In this document: piece after piece, positions 38,036 through 50,246 of the stretch
Layout: each line of letters opens with the position of its first letter
How positions within the stretch are numbered: position 1 is the first letter of the stretch
NCBI GenBank assembly: GCA_038496445.1
Contig: JALMLS010000208.1
Coordinates: 186,001-250,000 of the forward strand
DNA: 64,000 bases
Reading direction: 5' to 3'
From: Trichosphaerium sp. ATCC 40318
Taxonomy: Eukaryota; Protista; Tubulinea
The notes under the pieces: generated by a model
Told to the model about the DNA's origin: nothing
Databases searched by the model: none
Seen by the model: only the letters and a program-made list of their open reading frames with translations
Position numbers and translations under genes: made by a program

Positions 38036-40511
38036 CTAAGAGCAATTTATTTCAATTGAATCGCACAACAGATTCGTTAATCGATCTTTTGCATCTAACA
38101 AATGAAATATTAGAAAAACAAACATATTTTCGAATCCAAAAAAACTCCAGTACCTTTTGGTATGCCATTCACTGTGATACTTTTTATCTTTGTCAATCTT
38201 TTTATAGAATCTGGCAAACCTTTCCTAAATATCATTAGACTATGAAGTATACGAAGACTCAAGGCTTACGGTTTTAGTGGTAATCTACTCAACCACAAAA
38301 GTGCCAAGTTAACTAAATTCCCAATATTTTCTGGAAGAGATTTAAACTTGTTTTCACATCGTCTACGAAAGAAACGTGTTAATTTGTTGGGTGTTACTAT
38401 TCACTTTATCCAAATATGTACCTAATATGATGTCCAACTCCTTCACCCAAATAAAGCTCTGTAAGCTTTGTAAGGTTGCATATTTCATCAGGAAGTGTGT
38501 TTAGTTTATTTCCCAATAAGTTAAGTTTCTCCAAGTTTACTAGGTTCCCAATACCTTCACCAAGTGTCTCAATACCGTTATCAACTAAATTTAGTAGCTT
38601 TAAGTTGGTAAAGGAGAACAAAGTTTCTGGTAGAAACTGCAGGAGTGGAGTAGTGTTGTATAAGCTCAAAACTTGAAGTGACTCAGTTTTTCTGTCAACT
38701 TGATCAATTTCATCTGGAAGTACTAGCACACAAGATTGTTCATATAATCCTTTAAAAAAGTTTCCGTACAATGGCGAAAGATCACCTAGTAAAACTGTTA
38801 ATAAAAAGTAGCTAATTTTAGAACAGAAAACTCTGAGAGCGGAAAAAACAGTATGCGATTTTCTTCTTTCTTTCAAAACGAGTTTTCGTATTTGTTTGGA
38901 TATTTACCTGAGTAATAAGTACATTTATCACTATGTCGTGATGGAGTAATAAAAGAAGAATACCTTAAAGGCGAAATAGCTTTATGTTGACCGTCTTCTC
39001 CATTGTCTTGTTCTAAAACAAATACTCATTAAAATCTTGTAAAAAAAAACAGTCATAAAGTGATCAGTACCTAGCATTATTGATTCAAGTTGTTCCTTAA
39101 GATTACCCTCAGAATAATCTGGTAATTTACTTATCCATTGACGTATTGTAGAACTAAAACAAGGATTTCTGAAAGGCTTGTATGTTTCGGTTTCAGGTAA
39201 AGGTATCCCTCTAACTTTTATCATGTACAAGTTTGTCATGTATGAGTTAGAAGAGTCTACTCTTATTTTACCAAGCAATCCAACCTTTAAGTACTTTCCA
39301 ACTGCATTAAAAGGCTTCAAGATAAAGTGTTTTTCTCCTAAAGAAACCATACATAAGCATCTCATTCGAGAACAAACAAACTAATACTAATACGACAACA
39401 GATTTTCAGAAAAAATATCACGTGATAAATGGTTTGAATAGAACTCAGCTTATAGCAAAAGTAGTCTCTATAAGTTTTTTTAGCGTACCGGACGATCTAC
39501 TGTATTGGTACGCAATTGATGTTGTTTGAAAATCAGTTGGAGAAGATCCAACAGAGAAAGTTACTTCACGAGGTGTATACGGGTTTCCACCATAAATTTG
39601 TTTCACCAATAAAGATACCATAAGAACAAGAGAAACTTCTGAATCCATTATTTCGTAAATTACATAATCAGTAGAGTTTGGATCAAAACTACCAGTAGTG
39701 CTATGCGAAAAAGGGTGAGAAGCTGATTGGTTTTTTTTAGAAAAAGAAAATAAAAGGAACGTGATGCAACAGTTCGATTCAGTCAAATGCTTCCCTTTGT
39801 CCACCCACAGACCCACAAACCTCACGTTGGTAAACCCAGTGGAAGCGCTAACGCCCTTTTAATACTGGTTCTGTAGACATGAGGTATGTGGGTCTGTGGG
39901 TGGACAAAAGGGAAGCATTTGAATGAATAAAATTGCACGTGTTCTTTGTTTTACAAAAACTGTACTGTTGAATTTAGACAAACGAGAACAACTTTAAGTT
40001 CGTTGATGATTTGTTATACCTGTACAAGTTCCCAGCCAGGCTATTTTCGGGACCTTGGAATCGGTAATCTTCACTTGAAGCTCTATTTTTAAACAAGTTG
40101 CGTTAGTCCTGTTAAAACAGCGTGTACGCTTATTTCCTTACTTTACAACTGATAACTCCATAGGTTCCTTTGCACACAGGCGTTCAGTACACTCTTTCTC
40201 TGCGATTGAGTTAAATTAAACCGTGGGTGCCTTTTAAACTATGTACCCATAAGCTCCATATCGTAAGCTTGTTTACAAGAGTCCCAGATGCCGTTTATAG
40301 CTTTTGTGTTTTTACTTACGCTAATTAAAACGAATAAACAACGTTAGTTTTATGTAAAATAAACGTACTTTAGGAAGTGTCGGCTCCACAGCCTGTCGCT
40401 GTCAGATATTTCTTTGAACAAAGTGCATACGCATGCACACGTTGTTAAACTGCTTGGAGGCAGCGGCCATAGTATCAATTCTATTATTTCTTCTGGTAGT
40501 TGCTCCATCAT
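38036..40511 (-). CDS. F-box protein with a central beta-sandwich (At4g00755-like) domain and C-terminal LRRs
   Basis: First exon 'MMEQLPEEIIELILWPLPPSSLTTCACVCTLFKEISDSDRLW'. Central 'RASSEDYRFQGPENSL...STTGSFDPNSTDYVIYEI...VGKYLKVGLLGK'. LRRs 'LPETLFSFTNLKLLNLVDNGIETLGEGIGNLVNLEKLNL'. Confidence 0.8.
39777..39928. repeat. Intronic near-perfect inverted repeat (~42-50 bp arms, ~55 nt loop)
   Basis: 39783-39824 tcaaatgcttccctttgtccacccacagacccacaaacctca versus 39880-39922 tgaggtatgtgggtctgtgggtggacaaaagggaagcatttga (1 mismatch, 1 indel). Confidence 0.9.
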
Positions 40512-40535
40512 ATGTATGCCTTAGCTTATCAACGC

Positions 40536-41404
40536 TAGTGGTTGTTGGTAAACGGCTTATTTAACCGGCTTAGTCATTTGGCTGTTACGAAAAAAATAAA
40601 TGACTTAAATCTTTTCGGCTGAACCAAGTAGCGGAACCAAAAAACGTCTACGAACAAGAACTGCTGATGTTTTTGTTTATGGACCATGATAGACTCGCCT
40701 GATAAGGTTTCTTGTGCCTATTGTCAAGCACCATTCAGTCGCAACTCCAGCACTGATACACTTCGTAAGCATTTACAAGTTTGTAAATTGTGCTTAAACG
40801 ATGGAACAAAAGCCCAGCTGAAACAACTATCGCTTACCTCAATGGGATTCAAAGCAAACCCTACGCTATTGCATGAAGATCAAGTGCGCTTAGACAATTT
40901 GTTATTGAGATGGGTTCTACGAAGATCAAAACCATGGCAAGTAACATGTTGCTTCCGCTCTTGATCCTCGGATTCTTTTTTTTTTTCGAGAACTTTTATT
41001 TTCTTTTTTTCTTAGATTGCCAAAGAACTGAAGCAATACAGACAGATGCCTGCACTTGCCTTAAACCAGTGTCCATTAACATGGTGGCGTGGCAACCGTT
41101 CTTACTTTCTCCTTTCAGCTTTGCCTAGAGTGTACTTAGGAATGCCAGCAAGTTCCGCAACAGTTGAGAGAGTATTTTCTCGTGGTTCTATTGTGATGAC
41201 AAGCAAACGTACTAGTCTGAGTACAAAATCTCTAGAACTGCAAGTTTGTGCTGCAGTTAATGCTAAGTACTTAGACTACATAAACTACAAATAAATTCCA
41301 AACACGTGTTTTATTGTAACAATTTGGAGCCGGTTAGCCAGTTAAATAGAGTTGTTTTTGTTTGAAAAGTCATTTAGAGCTGAGCCGTTAACTTTCAACC
41401 ACTA
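40536..41404 (+). mobile_element. Non-autonomous hAT DNA transposon (869 bp)
   Basis: TIRs TAGTGGTTG...CAACCACTA and a perfect 8-bp TSD ATCAACGC (40528-40535, 41405-41412). Encodes a BED finger 'CAYC...TLRKHLQVC' and the hAT dimerization motif 'WW...YLGMPASSATVERVFS...KRTSLS'. Confidence 0.93.
40686..41294 (+). CDS. Internally deleted hAT transposase: BED finger spliced to the C-terminal dimerization domain
   Basis: A phase-0 GT-AG intron at 40941-41016 joins '...SKPWQ' to 'IAKELKQYRQMPALAL...' in frame. No DDE catalytic core is present. Confidence 0.6.
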
Positions 41405-41514
41405 ATCAACGCCAAAACCAGTTAAGTCACTCATTGCATTAGAGGGCAATACGTAATTCATCACGCTCAATCAGACTTTCCAATGTGAAGTGTTGACAAG
41501 TCAATAGTACATCA

Positions 41515-41818
41515 ACCGAATGTCAGCCATATTGTCTGGGCAGCATCGCTTTTGAGACAGTTTCAGAAATTCCGACATTTTTGAAAAAGTGTTTTGAACA
41601 AAATTGCTTTGACTGTCGGTACTTTTGCTCGGCACAGTATAAACGAATCGCCAAATGGGTTGTAACACTATTATTATAGCATCCTAGCTACATGGTGAAA
41701 ATATCAATTGAAGTTTAAGATGGTTCTGAGGTGAGTAAAAACCGTCTCAAAGATTCTCAGTAATTTTCGAGACTGTCTCAAAAGCGATGCTGCCCATACA
41801 ATATGGCTTACATTCGGT
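41515..41818. mobile_element. MITE-like element with ~50-bp terminal inverted repeats
   Basis: accgaatgtcagccatattgtctgggcagcatcgcttttgagacag (41515-) versus ctgtctcaaaagcgatgctgcccatacaatatggcttacattcggt (-41818), 2 mismatches. No ORF inside. Confidence 0.85.
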
Positions 41819-42136
41819 ACTTAAACTGCTTCTTGAAACATTGGCAGCGGCTGCCACACCGCAAACTACACTGCTTGAAGTGCATTCAATCTGTTCCTAG
41901 ATGCACAAGGAGTTGGCGACTAAGTCTCGAGAATATAAATAATTATAAATAGCTTTCTAATAACCTGTACATTGGGGCCTCCAGTGACAAAGTCATTAAC
42001 AAAGATAAAGTGGAACAAAAAATACATGTTAATGATGGCAAAGATGGCGTCCGTCTATCCGTGCACAAGTTAAGTAAGGCTAAGTTATTGTTGGTGTTAA
42101 TTGGCGTTAATTTGACTTTGCTACAGGTAGTTAACG

Positions 42137-43403
42137 ATGAGGTACGTAGTTTTGTAACGATAATTTGTTAATTGTTAGTGAGACTCTTCCTACTGAAGTT
42201 TGGTACAAGATTGCTTCGTTCCTTCCAATATCATGCTTACTCAATCAATTTGGTGTTTGTTCTACATTTTACAGAGAAACAGCTACCCAAGACTACATTT
42301 GGCGTTCTAAAATTAAAGAATTGTATGGAGCCACTTACATTACAGCCGAGCCATGTCTAGAGACGTTTAAACAACTCTACCTTGTTAGATGGGATGTCAA
42401 CAAATGTGGTAGGTACGTTTCCTTTCAACAGGCGCAAACGCCCTTGAGACTGCTTTAACAGTGCTCACGTCGCGTAGGAACGTTGTAATAAAAGAAAACG
42501 GAACAGTCCTCATCATGCCATCGAATGACAGCATTACACTATCCACTAGATGCTTTAAAGGTGAAGAGAGGTACTATTGGGAGATGGAAACTTCGCTTCC
42601 AAACGGTTCAAGCAGTGGAATGGGTACGACTGAAAAACGAAGAGAATCGATGTAAGATCTTCCGTTTTTTTTCTTTGAAAGAAGAAGTGTCAGTTAATCC
42701 TGGTTTGGTTTAGGTAAATGGACTTTCCGTCTTGGTGTTGCTGATAAAAGCGCTTTAGATTGTCCTGGTGGTGATTTATGGTATGTCAATAATATAATTA
42801 GATTGAAAGTCTTTTTTTTTTTGTTGCTGTCTAGAGGAGGCTGATTAACAGTTATAGCCGGCTAGCCGTTTAAGTTTTTTAAATCGGCTATAATCGGCTA
42901 TAGTAGGCTAAAAAATTGAACTGTCAAAAAGTACAAGAATGCACAAATGTGACGTTTGAAAACATTAAAAAAAATTTCTCATAAAATTCTGATTTCGGTC
43001 TCATTTTGGTTATGTGGATTTCTCTACAAACACGTTTTTTCAGGCAGCAAGGTTGGTCAGTCAATGGCATTGGCAGTGTTCATTCAAAAAGAATGACAAT
43101 TAGAAGTACAAAATCATACAATAAAACAGAAGAAAGGGTTGGTTTTCTTCTTGATATGAAAGAACGTACTGTAAAGTACTTTCTTGGTGGAAAGTTTATT
43201 GACACAGTATTCACTGATCTACCAGGTGTGTGACCTTTCAACATCCCAACCACTTTTTTTTTGTTAATTGTTTGGTACTAGATGAGATCTACCTAGCAGC
43301 TAGTAATGGCATAGGTGCAGGAATTGTAAAGACATATTTTGGTTTACCAATACCAGAGTATATTGAAGAAGAAACTACTGTTAAACCAATAAATAATAAT
43401 TAG
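42137..43403 (+). CDS. F-box/SPRY domain protein
   Basis: F-box 'MSETLPTEVWYKIASFL...VCSTF...DYIW', then SPRY-like 'RYYWEME...FRLGVA...GWSV...ERVGFLLDMKERTVKYF...EIYLAAS'. Confidence 0.85.
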
Positions 43404-43766
43404 TCATTCATAAAGGAAAGGGAGTAAGTCATTCAGCTCACCTTCTGAACTCTTAGTTTTGGTCACTTTGTTACAATACGTTTGATAGTTGCTTAAGTTC
43501 ATGGTATGAAGAAAGTTTCGTTTTAGTTTGACTCTGGAACTTACGTATTTTACTTCTTTTTATCTCCTTGTGAGCTTCTTTTTATTTACCTTTCGAGTCA
43601 CGTCCGTGGTTAAACAAAGCTTCGTTATCGTAGCAATAGAGTTAACCACATTCCTTGTTATACACTGATTTGTTCGTACTAATATCAAGCACGGCCCAGA
43701 AAATGTGCTTCTAATGGTACTGCTCACAAAGTCATTTGGATTGAATATTAGTATATTGTTTTTTCT

Positions 43767-45290
43767 TTACACTTTTCTATCGTATTTGTTTAGATTTTGT
43801 GGTGGCGACTGAGGAACATGATTATGGTTCTCTCCAGTATATCCATATTCGGATGAAGACATTCGAAACTCATCAGTAGCATCAGATTTACCATCAATTT
43901 CGATATAAGCACGCCTTGTATTTCTATAGTGACACCATACAAAACAAGGTAAACAAAAGGCAAATGATAACCACAATGCCACCTAACATTAAAGATTAGC
44001 AGAACAATAGAAGTGCGTTCTAAGAAAAAAAAGAAAAAAAAAGAAGAGAAACTTGAGCCTTCGTATTCGTCTTGGTAGCTTGTAACAACAACCTAATACA
44101 AAGTGTTCATCTAAACATACATGAAAGAAAACAAATCTAAGGTATCCAGTTGTGAATATACAAGCCAAGAATAAACCAGTGTAAGATACAACGAGAACAG
44201 CAACCAAAGCAAAAGTTGATGTTGCTGTCGCTGCACTTAAATGGACCAAACCTCTTACAACATAACTGTGCGCAGCTAATTAATACTTTAGAATAGCAGA
44301 ATAACAATTGATAAAAGAGTTTAGTGTACCAAATGTCAATACTGCAACAAGTAGGAGGGAAAAGAATATCCAGTGTAACCAATCCATTCCTTTATGCCAA
44401 ACAATTCTGACTTTTATCGACTTGAAGAACTCCAGGAGAGCACGTGTTTCAACCAAATCTGAAAGCAATTAAAAAACATTGCTGAACATATTAGAGATAT
44501 GGAAGAGGAGGTACCGCTGTATCCCTGTGATTGGGCTTGAAAAACAAGACCAGAATGGCCATTGCATCCGTTGGAACATTGAAGCTCAGTTGAAAGAACA
44601 AGTTTCTTTCCAGGGTCTACGTTCAAGCATATCGCTGAGTCTGTCCATAAGTACCTGTACAAATAAACAACATTTAGTACACTCTTTTTATAGTATGATA
44701 TTCAAACCTACTTGTCATAGCCCTCTGGTCCAGAAAGAGAATCATATTGTTTATCTCTGAACGTTGGAGCAAGAACGAACATATTTTGGTTTTTCATAGA
44801 ACAGTTAGACTCAAATTCTGCGGTGAAATCAAATAACGAAGCATTAGATCGTAGTAACCATATGAAAAGTTTTTCATGCAATCCACGAGGTACATCTCCA
44901 CCTAGATCAACAAATTAAGAAAAAAAACAGAAAGAAAGTTTTTACCTTCATGTATGAATCCTGTTGTGTTTAAAGTACAAGCGCAGTTGTTAGGTAATTT
45001 TATACCTACTGCTATAAAACTATTAGGCCAATCATTCTCGAATTGACCATGATCAAAATCATGTAGTTCCAATAAGTTAACATTCTTTGGGTTCGCTTGG
45101 TACAGCAAAACTAAAGACAAGAAAATTGCTCCAGTAAAGATTAAGAAAAGAGTTGAGGCGCCTCCTTGAATGTAACTTCACGTTAGTACTCTTTATCGCT
45201 ATCATTAATATATAGGGTACCTATGACGCTCTTATATCCGTCTTGAATGTCAAGAAAGCGTATATATTTCCGTGTCCTTTCTTTGCAACT
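43767..45290 (-). CDS. Uncharacterised multi-pass membrane protein with a Cys-containing luminal domain
   Basis: Joinable exons give an N-terminal TM, an extracellular region and about three C-terminal TM segments. Start uncertain. Confidence 0.55.
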
Positions 45291-45771
45291 TCGAAGCAAA
45301 AAATTAGCTATTTCAAAGAGATCACCGCCTATTGTGCAACACAAATATCCTTTAAACATACCTGCATATCGATAAAAGTATAGGAGATACTGTAGCAAGA
45401 ACAGCACATGCTATTATCAAACCTACAAAGTGCGGTCAAAAATACTGTTTTTGTTTTTTCGCCACGTGCTCGATGTGATGAAAAGCACTTAAATCTGATA
45501 AATAAACGCGTACCAAAGCGAATGCGGTTATCTTTATTAGTTTGAAAGGGATCCCATGTTAAAGGATCGTGATCTCCTACATTTCTCTCCCGCACGCATG
45601 CGTATTGAAACACACTCTCGTAATTAATCATGTGAGAGCCTTACGAACCTTTTTAGTGAGCTTCCTTTGACTTTTTTTACAACAGAATTTTTTCTATTTT
45701 GAAAAAATCAACGCCTTAACTACAAGGGCTTAAGGCAACATCGATCTTTCATCTTTAGCGTACGCAATAGT

Positions 45772-47647
45772 ATGGAGAAAGAAGTAGCGTCTTCGTCAAC
45801 TATATTACCTAACCAACCTATTGTCATAGACAACGCAAGTTTTTTTTTTTTTGATTCGCGGACAATCACGTGTAGTTGTTTGCGTAGTCACAAAATTAAT
45901 GTATTCGATAGGGTTCAGGTATACTAAAAGCTGGTTATGCTGGTGAAGAATCTCCAAGGCTCATTTGTCCTTCTTAGTGCGTTTATTATAAGCTCCGCTC
46001 ACTTGTGACGCTGTACAAAGCGAAATAAGCGAAGAGAAAGCATGTATTTGACTATTGTTTGGTTTACTTTTTTTTTTAGCGTTGGAAGACCTAAACATGA
46101 ACGTGTAATGGCTGGAGGAGTAGAAGGAGATACGTTCGTAGGCAAAGACGCAGAGGTATTGATTATTTTGTTCTAAATACGCCTATTTGTTCTCTAAAAT
46201 ATTGCTGTTAGGAGATACGAGGGCTTCTTCGCTTAAACTACCCTTTAGAGCATGGCATAGTTACAGATTGGTGAGATATCATTCTTGTGATGCTATAGCG
46301 TTCTTATTTATTATTAGGCATGATATGGAGCTCGTTTGGGATCACGTGTTCGAAAAGTTAAATTGTGAAGCAAAAGAAGTATTACTCAGCGTTTTTTCAC
46401 TTATTCCCGTAATTCTAATCGATTTAGCATCCTGTTCTTCTTACTGCAGCGCCTTTGAACCCAGTGAGGTACGTCTGAACCTATTTTTAAAGTGTAATCT
46501 TTGTGTAGCTCTGTCGATAAATCAGCTCAAATATTTTTTGAACAATTTGGCTCTCCTGCTTTGTATATATCTCCACAACCAGTTTTAAGCCTTTATGCAA
46601 CAGGAAGAACAACTGGAGTTGTTCTAGGTAAGTGTCAGCGTTTTGATTTTCTCTAAGTGTTCTTAAGATAGCGGTGATGGCGTCACATTTGCTACTCCAA
46701 TATACAAAGGATTCTCACTTAATAATGCAACAGTACGCATAGATATGGCTGGAAGGTAATATACTACAAAAAATTATCACGTGGTGAAATTTTATTCGGT
46801 TCTTTTCAGCAATCGTAAACCGCTCAAAAATACGTGAAGACACGAAGTCATGTTGTTGTCAAATGAAAAACTTTGTTTTTTTGAAATCGATTAGTTCTTT
46901 TGTGTTAATTATTGTATTATCTTAGGGATGTAACTAATAGACTACAACTTCTTCTGCGTCGTGCTGGGCATATTTTTTCGACATCAGCTGAGAAAGAAAT
47001 TGTAAAATCTATAAAGGAAAAGACATGTTATATCGCTTTTGATCCACAAAAAGAAGAAGATGAATTACCAAATAGAGATGATCCAGTTACTCTTGCTTAT
47101 AAGCTTCCAGATGGCAATAAGATATCTTTCGGCCCAGAGAGGTTTAGAGCACCCGAAATATTATTTTCTCCTCACTTGATAGGCTCTGAGCATCCGAGGT
47201 AAAAGAAAACGAAACAGAACCAAAAACTCAAAGGTTTTTTAATTACTTTACTTCTAGTGTCGCTCAGAGTGTCGAGTATGCAATCACACGCTCTGATATA
47301 GACATGAGACAGATGCTATGGTCTAATATTGTACTTGCAGGTGGATCAACACTATACAGTGGTATGAGAGACGTCAATTTTGGAACAAACAAACAACTTT
47401 TTCTTAACATGTTTTGTTGATTTTTCTGATTGCTTGTTTAGGCTTTGGTGCACGTTTACTAAAGGAGCTTCAACTTGTTGCTCCACAAGATACTAAAATT
47501 AAAATATTCGCACCACCAGAGCGTGCACTTACATGTTGGCTTGGAGGTTCTATTTTAGCATCATTAACAACATTCAGTAGTATGTGGGTAACTAAACAGC
47601 AATGGGAAGAAGAAGGACCAAATGCATTTCTCTCCCTTACCTTATAA
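45772..47647 (+). CDS. ARP1: Actin-related protein 1 (centractin, dynactin filament)
   Basis: '[19 protein letters not shown]', '[21 protein letters not shown]', '[17 protein letters not shown]', '[15 protein letters not shown]' and '[10 protein letters not shown]...[10 protein letters not shown]' match the Arp1 rather than the actin signature. Confidence 0.9.
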
Positions 47648-47855
47648 CAAACCCAGTAATAATAAAAGCATACTAATACTAATACGGCAGACGCTAGAAC
47701 TAAAGTTCCTTGAAACTCTTACCAACGTACATCAAGTATCATTCGTCAAACAAAACATTTTGTATAGTAAGTTCATTGACTTCAATGTATGTCATATGTC
47801 ACGTGTCATTTAACAAAAAATCTATTGCACGTTCTTCTTTACATTTCGAAAGCGT

Positions 47856-48395
47856 TTACTCTTGCGGTCTTGGATTGAAATACAAGCCTACAATAGGCAT
47901 TGCAGACTTGACAAGCTCCGTAGGCCAAATGAGTGAGTTAAAAAAATTACGTCCACTGTGCAATTTCATACCACCTCTGAATGCCTCCATATCACCCTTA
48001 TAAGGTTCAGGTTGATGCCAATGGTGTGGTGACATATCACTATGCTGAGGGTATGCGTTTCCTTCTTTTTCCGCTGCTCGAAAGCTCTGCAGCTCTTCTA
48101 CGCCATCGTTGTAGTGTAAAACAGCTTCACAGGCAATAAACCCAGCAAAATAAGCTGTAAGAGCGGTTTTTACGCGTGGATCAGCTTTATTCCATCTATT
48201 TATCCATGTCGTTGTAGATTTACGCGTGGTGTGCGCTGGGTTGCCGTCAACAATTATTTCGGTTACTATTTCTTTGGAACTCCCTTCACCGACTCCCATA
48301 GCGCCTTCCGTAACCTTACCATCCGTTTTCCATCGTCGAAAATTACGTAAGCGATGGCGTAGTGCAATTTGGGCATATCTTGATGTATTTCCTGT
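47856..48395 (-). CDS. Hypothetical small membrane-associated protein with an Arg-rich N-terminal extension
   Basis: The frame extends upstream of Met 48299 ('SRYAQIALRHRLRNFRRWKTDG') to an AG acceptor near 48392. One hydrophobic helix and C-terminal 'FFNSLIWP...MPIVGLYFNP'. Confidence 0.55.
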   Translation of the reverse strand, partial: TGNTSRYAQIALRHRLRNFRRWKTDGKVTEGAMGVGEGSSKEIVTEIIVDGNPAHTTRKSTTTWINRWNKADPRVKTALTAYFAGFIACEAVLHYNDGVEELQSFRAAEKEGNAYPQHSDMSPHHWHQPEPYKGDMEAFRGGMKLHSGRNFFNSLIWPTELVKSAMPIVGLYFNPRPQE

Positions 48396-48818
48396 TTAAA
48401 CGGCTTCTGTTAGGCGGATATAATTTGTTTATTGATGGAGAAGTAACGTACGTATCATTTGTGTTATCTAATAATGTAGCAGGTGAGTTTAAGCAGCAAA
48501 CAATGACATAAAGAGTGAGTTCATTTCCATGTTTTCAGTGAATCTGGTTAACTCATCTAGGCTAATCTTTTGCAAACACATATAACTTTGTAATAACCGT
48601 TCGCGTTTTGGCAGCCTCAATTAAAAGACTTTGCTAAAACTATCCGTTCTTACTTGACAGAGAAGTACAAATGTGCTAGTTCCAGGCGTATCAAAAATAA
48701 CAGAAGTACTACTAACACATACAGACTTGATTTGGTCGGACACGTGGTAAACCAAACGGATTTGGTTTTTTTTTGTCTTCGCTTAACTTCGCTTTAGTTT
48801 GCCTTCATTTTACTCACC

Positions 48819-49942
48819 ATGCAACCTGTTATTATTTGTATCCTTCTCGCTGTAACCACTGCTTACGCCGGCAATTTTCAATGGCAGAATTGCGGTAAGT
48901 CGCTAAAAAACGGTGTAAAGGTATCTAATAGCGTTATAGATGGTACCAGTCCTGTTCAATTCGATCTGGTTGAAATGACGCCTTGTACGTTCACATATGT
49001 TTTAATTTAGTTGCAATATGGTCTCCAAGCGTAAGGGTGTCTAATTCAGCGCCAATAGCCTTTTTCTAACGAAAATGTTCGCTAATTTAATTAGATCCAC
49101 CTCAAGTTGGCCAAAACGTTACTGTAAAGAGTCACGGAGATTATGAGACTGCTCTAGTAAAAGGAGACTTTTGGACGACTTCACTGTACCGAAACGGCTT
49201 CAAAGTGTCAAGCGAAAACGGTACGTAGTTTAGAAAGCCGTTGCAAGTGACTAATTGCTCCGAGCGGTCTTCAACTTCGCAGCAGCTCCGTTTTTTTCTC
49301 TTTCGCTAAAAGTTCTTCTCTAGGTGACGTTTGTTCTCCACCTATTGTTACAGGATGCACTTGCCCTTGTGCCTCTGGTTACCACTCAACCTCACAAACA
49401 TCTATAGTACCAAGTAATACATCTCCAGTACGTCCAGACGTCTTTTTGGATTTTTTTTGCAATTTTTTTTAGAAGTTATTTTTTTTCTCTTTGTTCGTTT
49501 TGAAAACCTACCTCAACGCTATTGTAATCCGTTAAAGTTGTGATTTATGACAGGGATAATTTTTCTTCCGTTTGTGATCTTAAAAATTTCGGATTGTTGA
49601 GCGCGAATCTTCTTTTATGGTTTCCCACGATTAACCACAATAATTATTACGATTTACCGCCGTTTATTTATTTAATGACTTTGAAAAATCAGAGTAAAAT
49701 ACCCACGTGTGTTTTCATATACCTTCGGCGTCCTAATAACTCAGAAAAAGATTTTGTTTGGTTTTTTTTTGAGTCTGAAAAAGAAAAGTTTCTTTCATTT
49801 TTTTTACGGCTTCACACTGCTTGTTAACGTGTTTGATACTTATATTTGCTTAAAGGGAGATTTCACTGGACGCTTGGAAGTTACAACCAGTAGCTATCAA
49901 CGTATCTCTTGTGTTGAGTTTCAGTTTACTGTAACCCAATAA
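48819..49942 (+). CDS. ML (MD-2/NPC2-like) lipid-recognition protein
   Basis: Signal peptide, 'FQWQNC', 'P.PPQVGQNVTV', 'DVC...CTCPCASG' and 'GDFTGRLEV...RISCVEFQFTV'. Confidence 0.8.
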
Positions 49943-50246
49943 ATTAACCATTCACAGTAAAATTAGTTGGCACAATGGATAAATATGATACCTGGTAGGC
50001 ATATTCTTGTGTTTGGTTCCTGAGTAAGTAGGTGAGTAGGTGAGTAGTACTTCAATGTGAAATTTGATACATCGTACCAGATATTAATGTAAACCAGGTG
50101 CTGTTAGTTCATAATTTTTACAATTTGTTTGTTTTATTAGATACAAGTTAACTCATTTGCTTGTTGTGTGATCTTCCTGAGATGTTCCTTTCTTCTTGAG
50201 ATTTACACCACGTGCACTTTTTATGTTTGTTTCATTACAACGTGGT

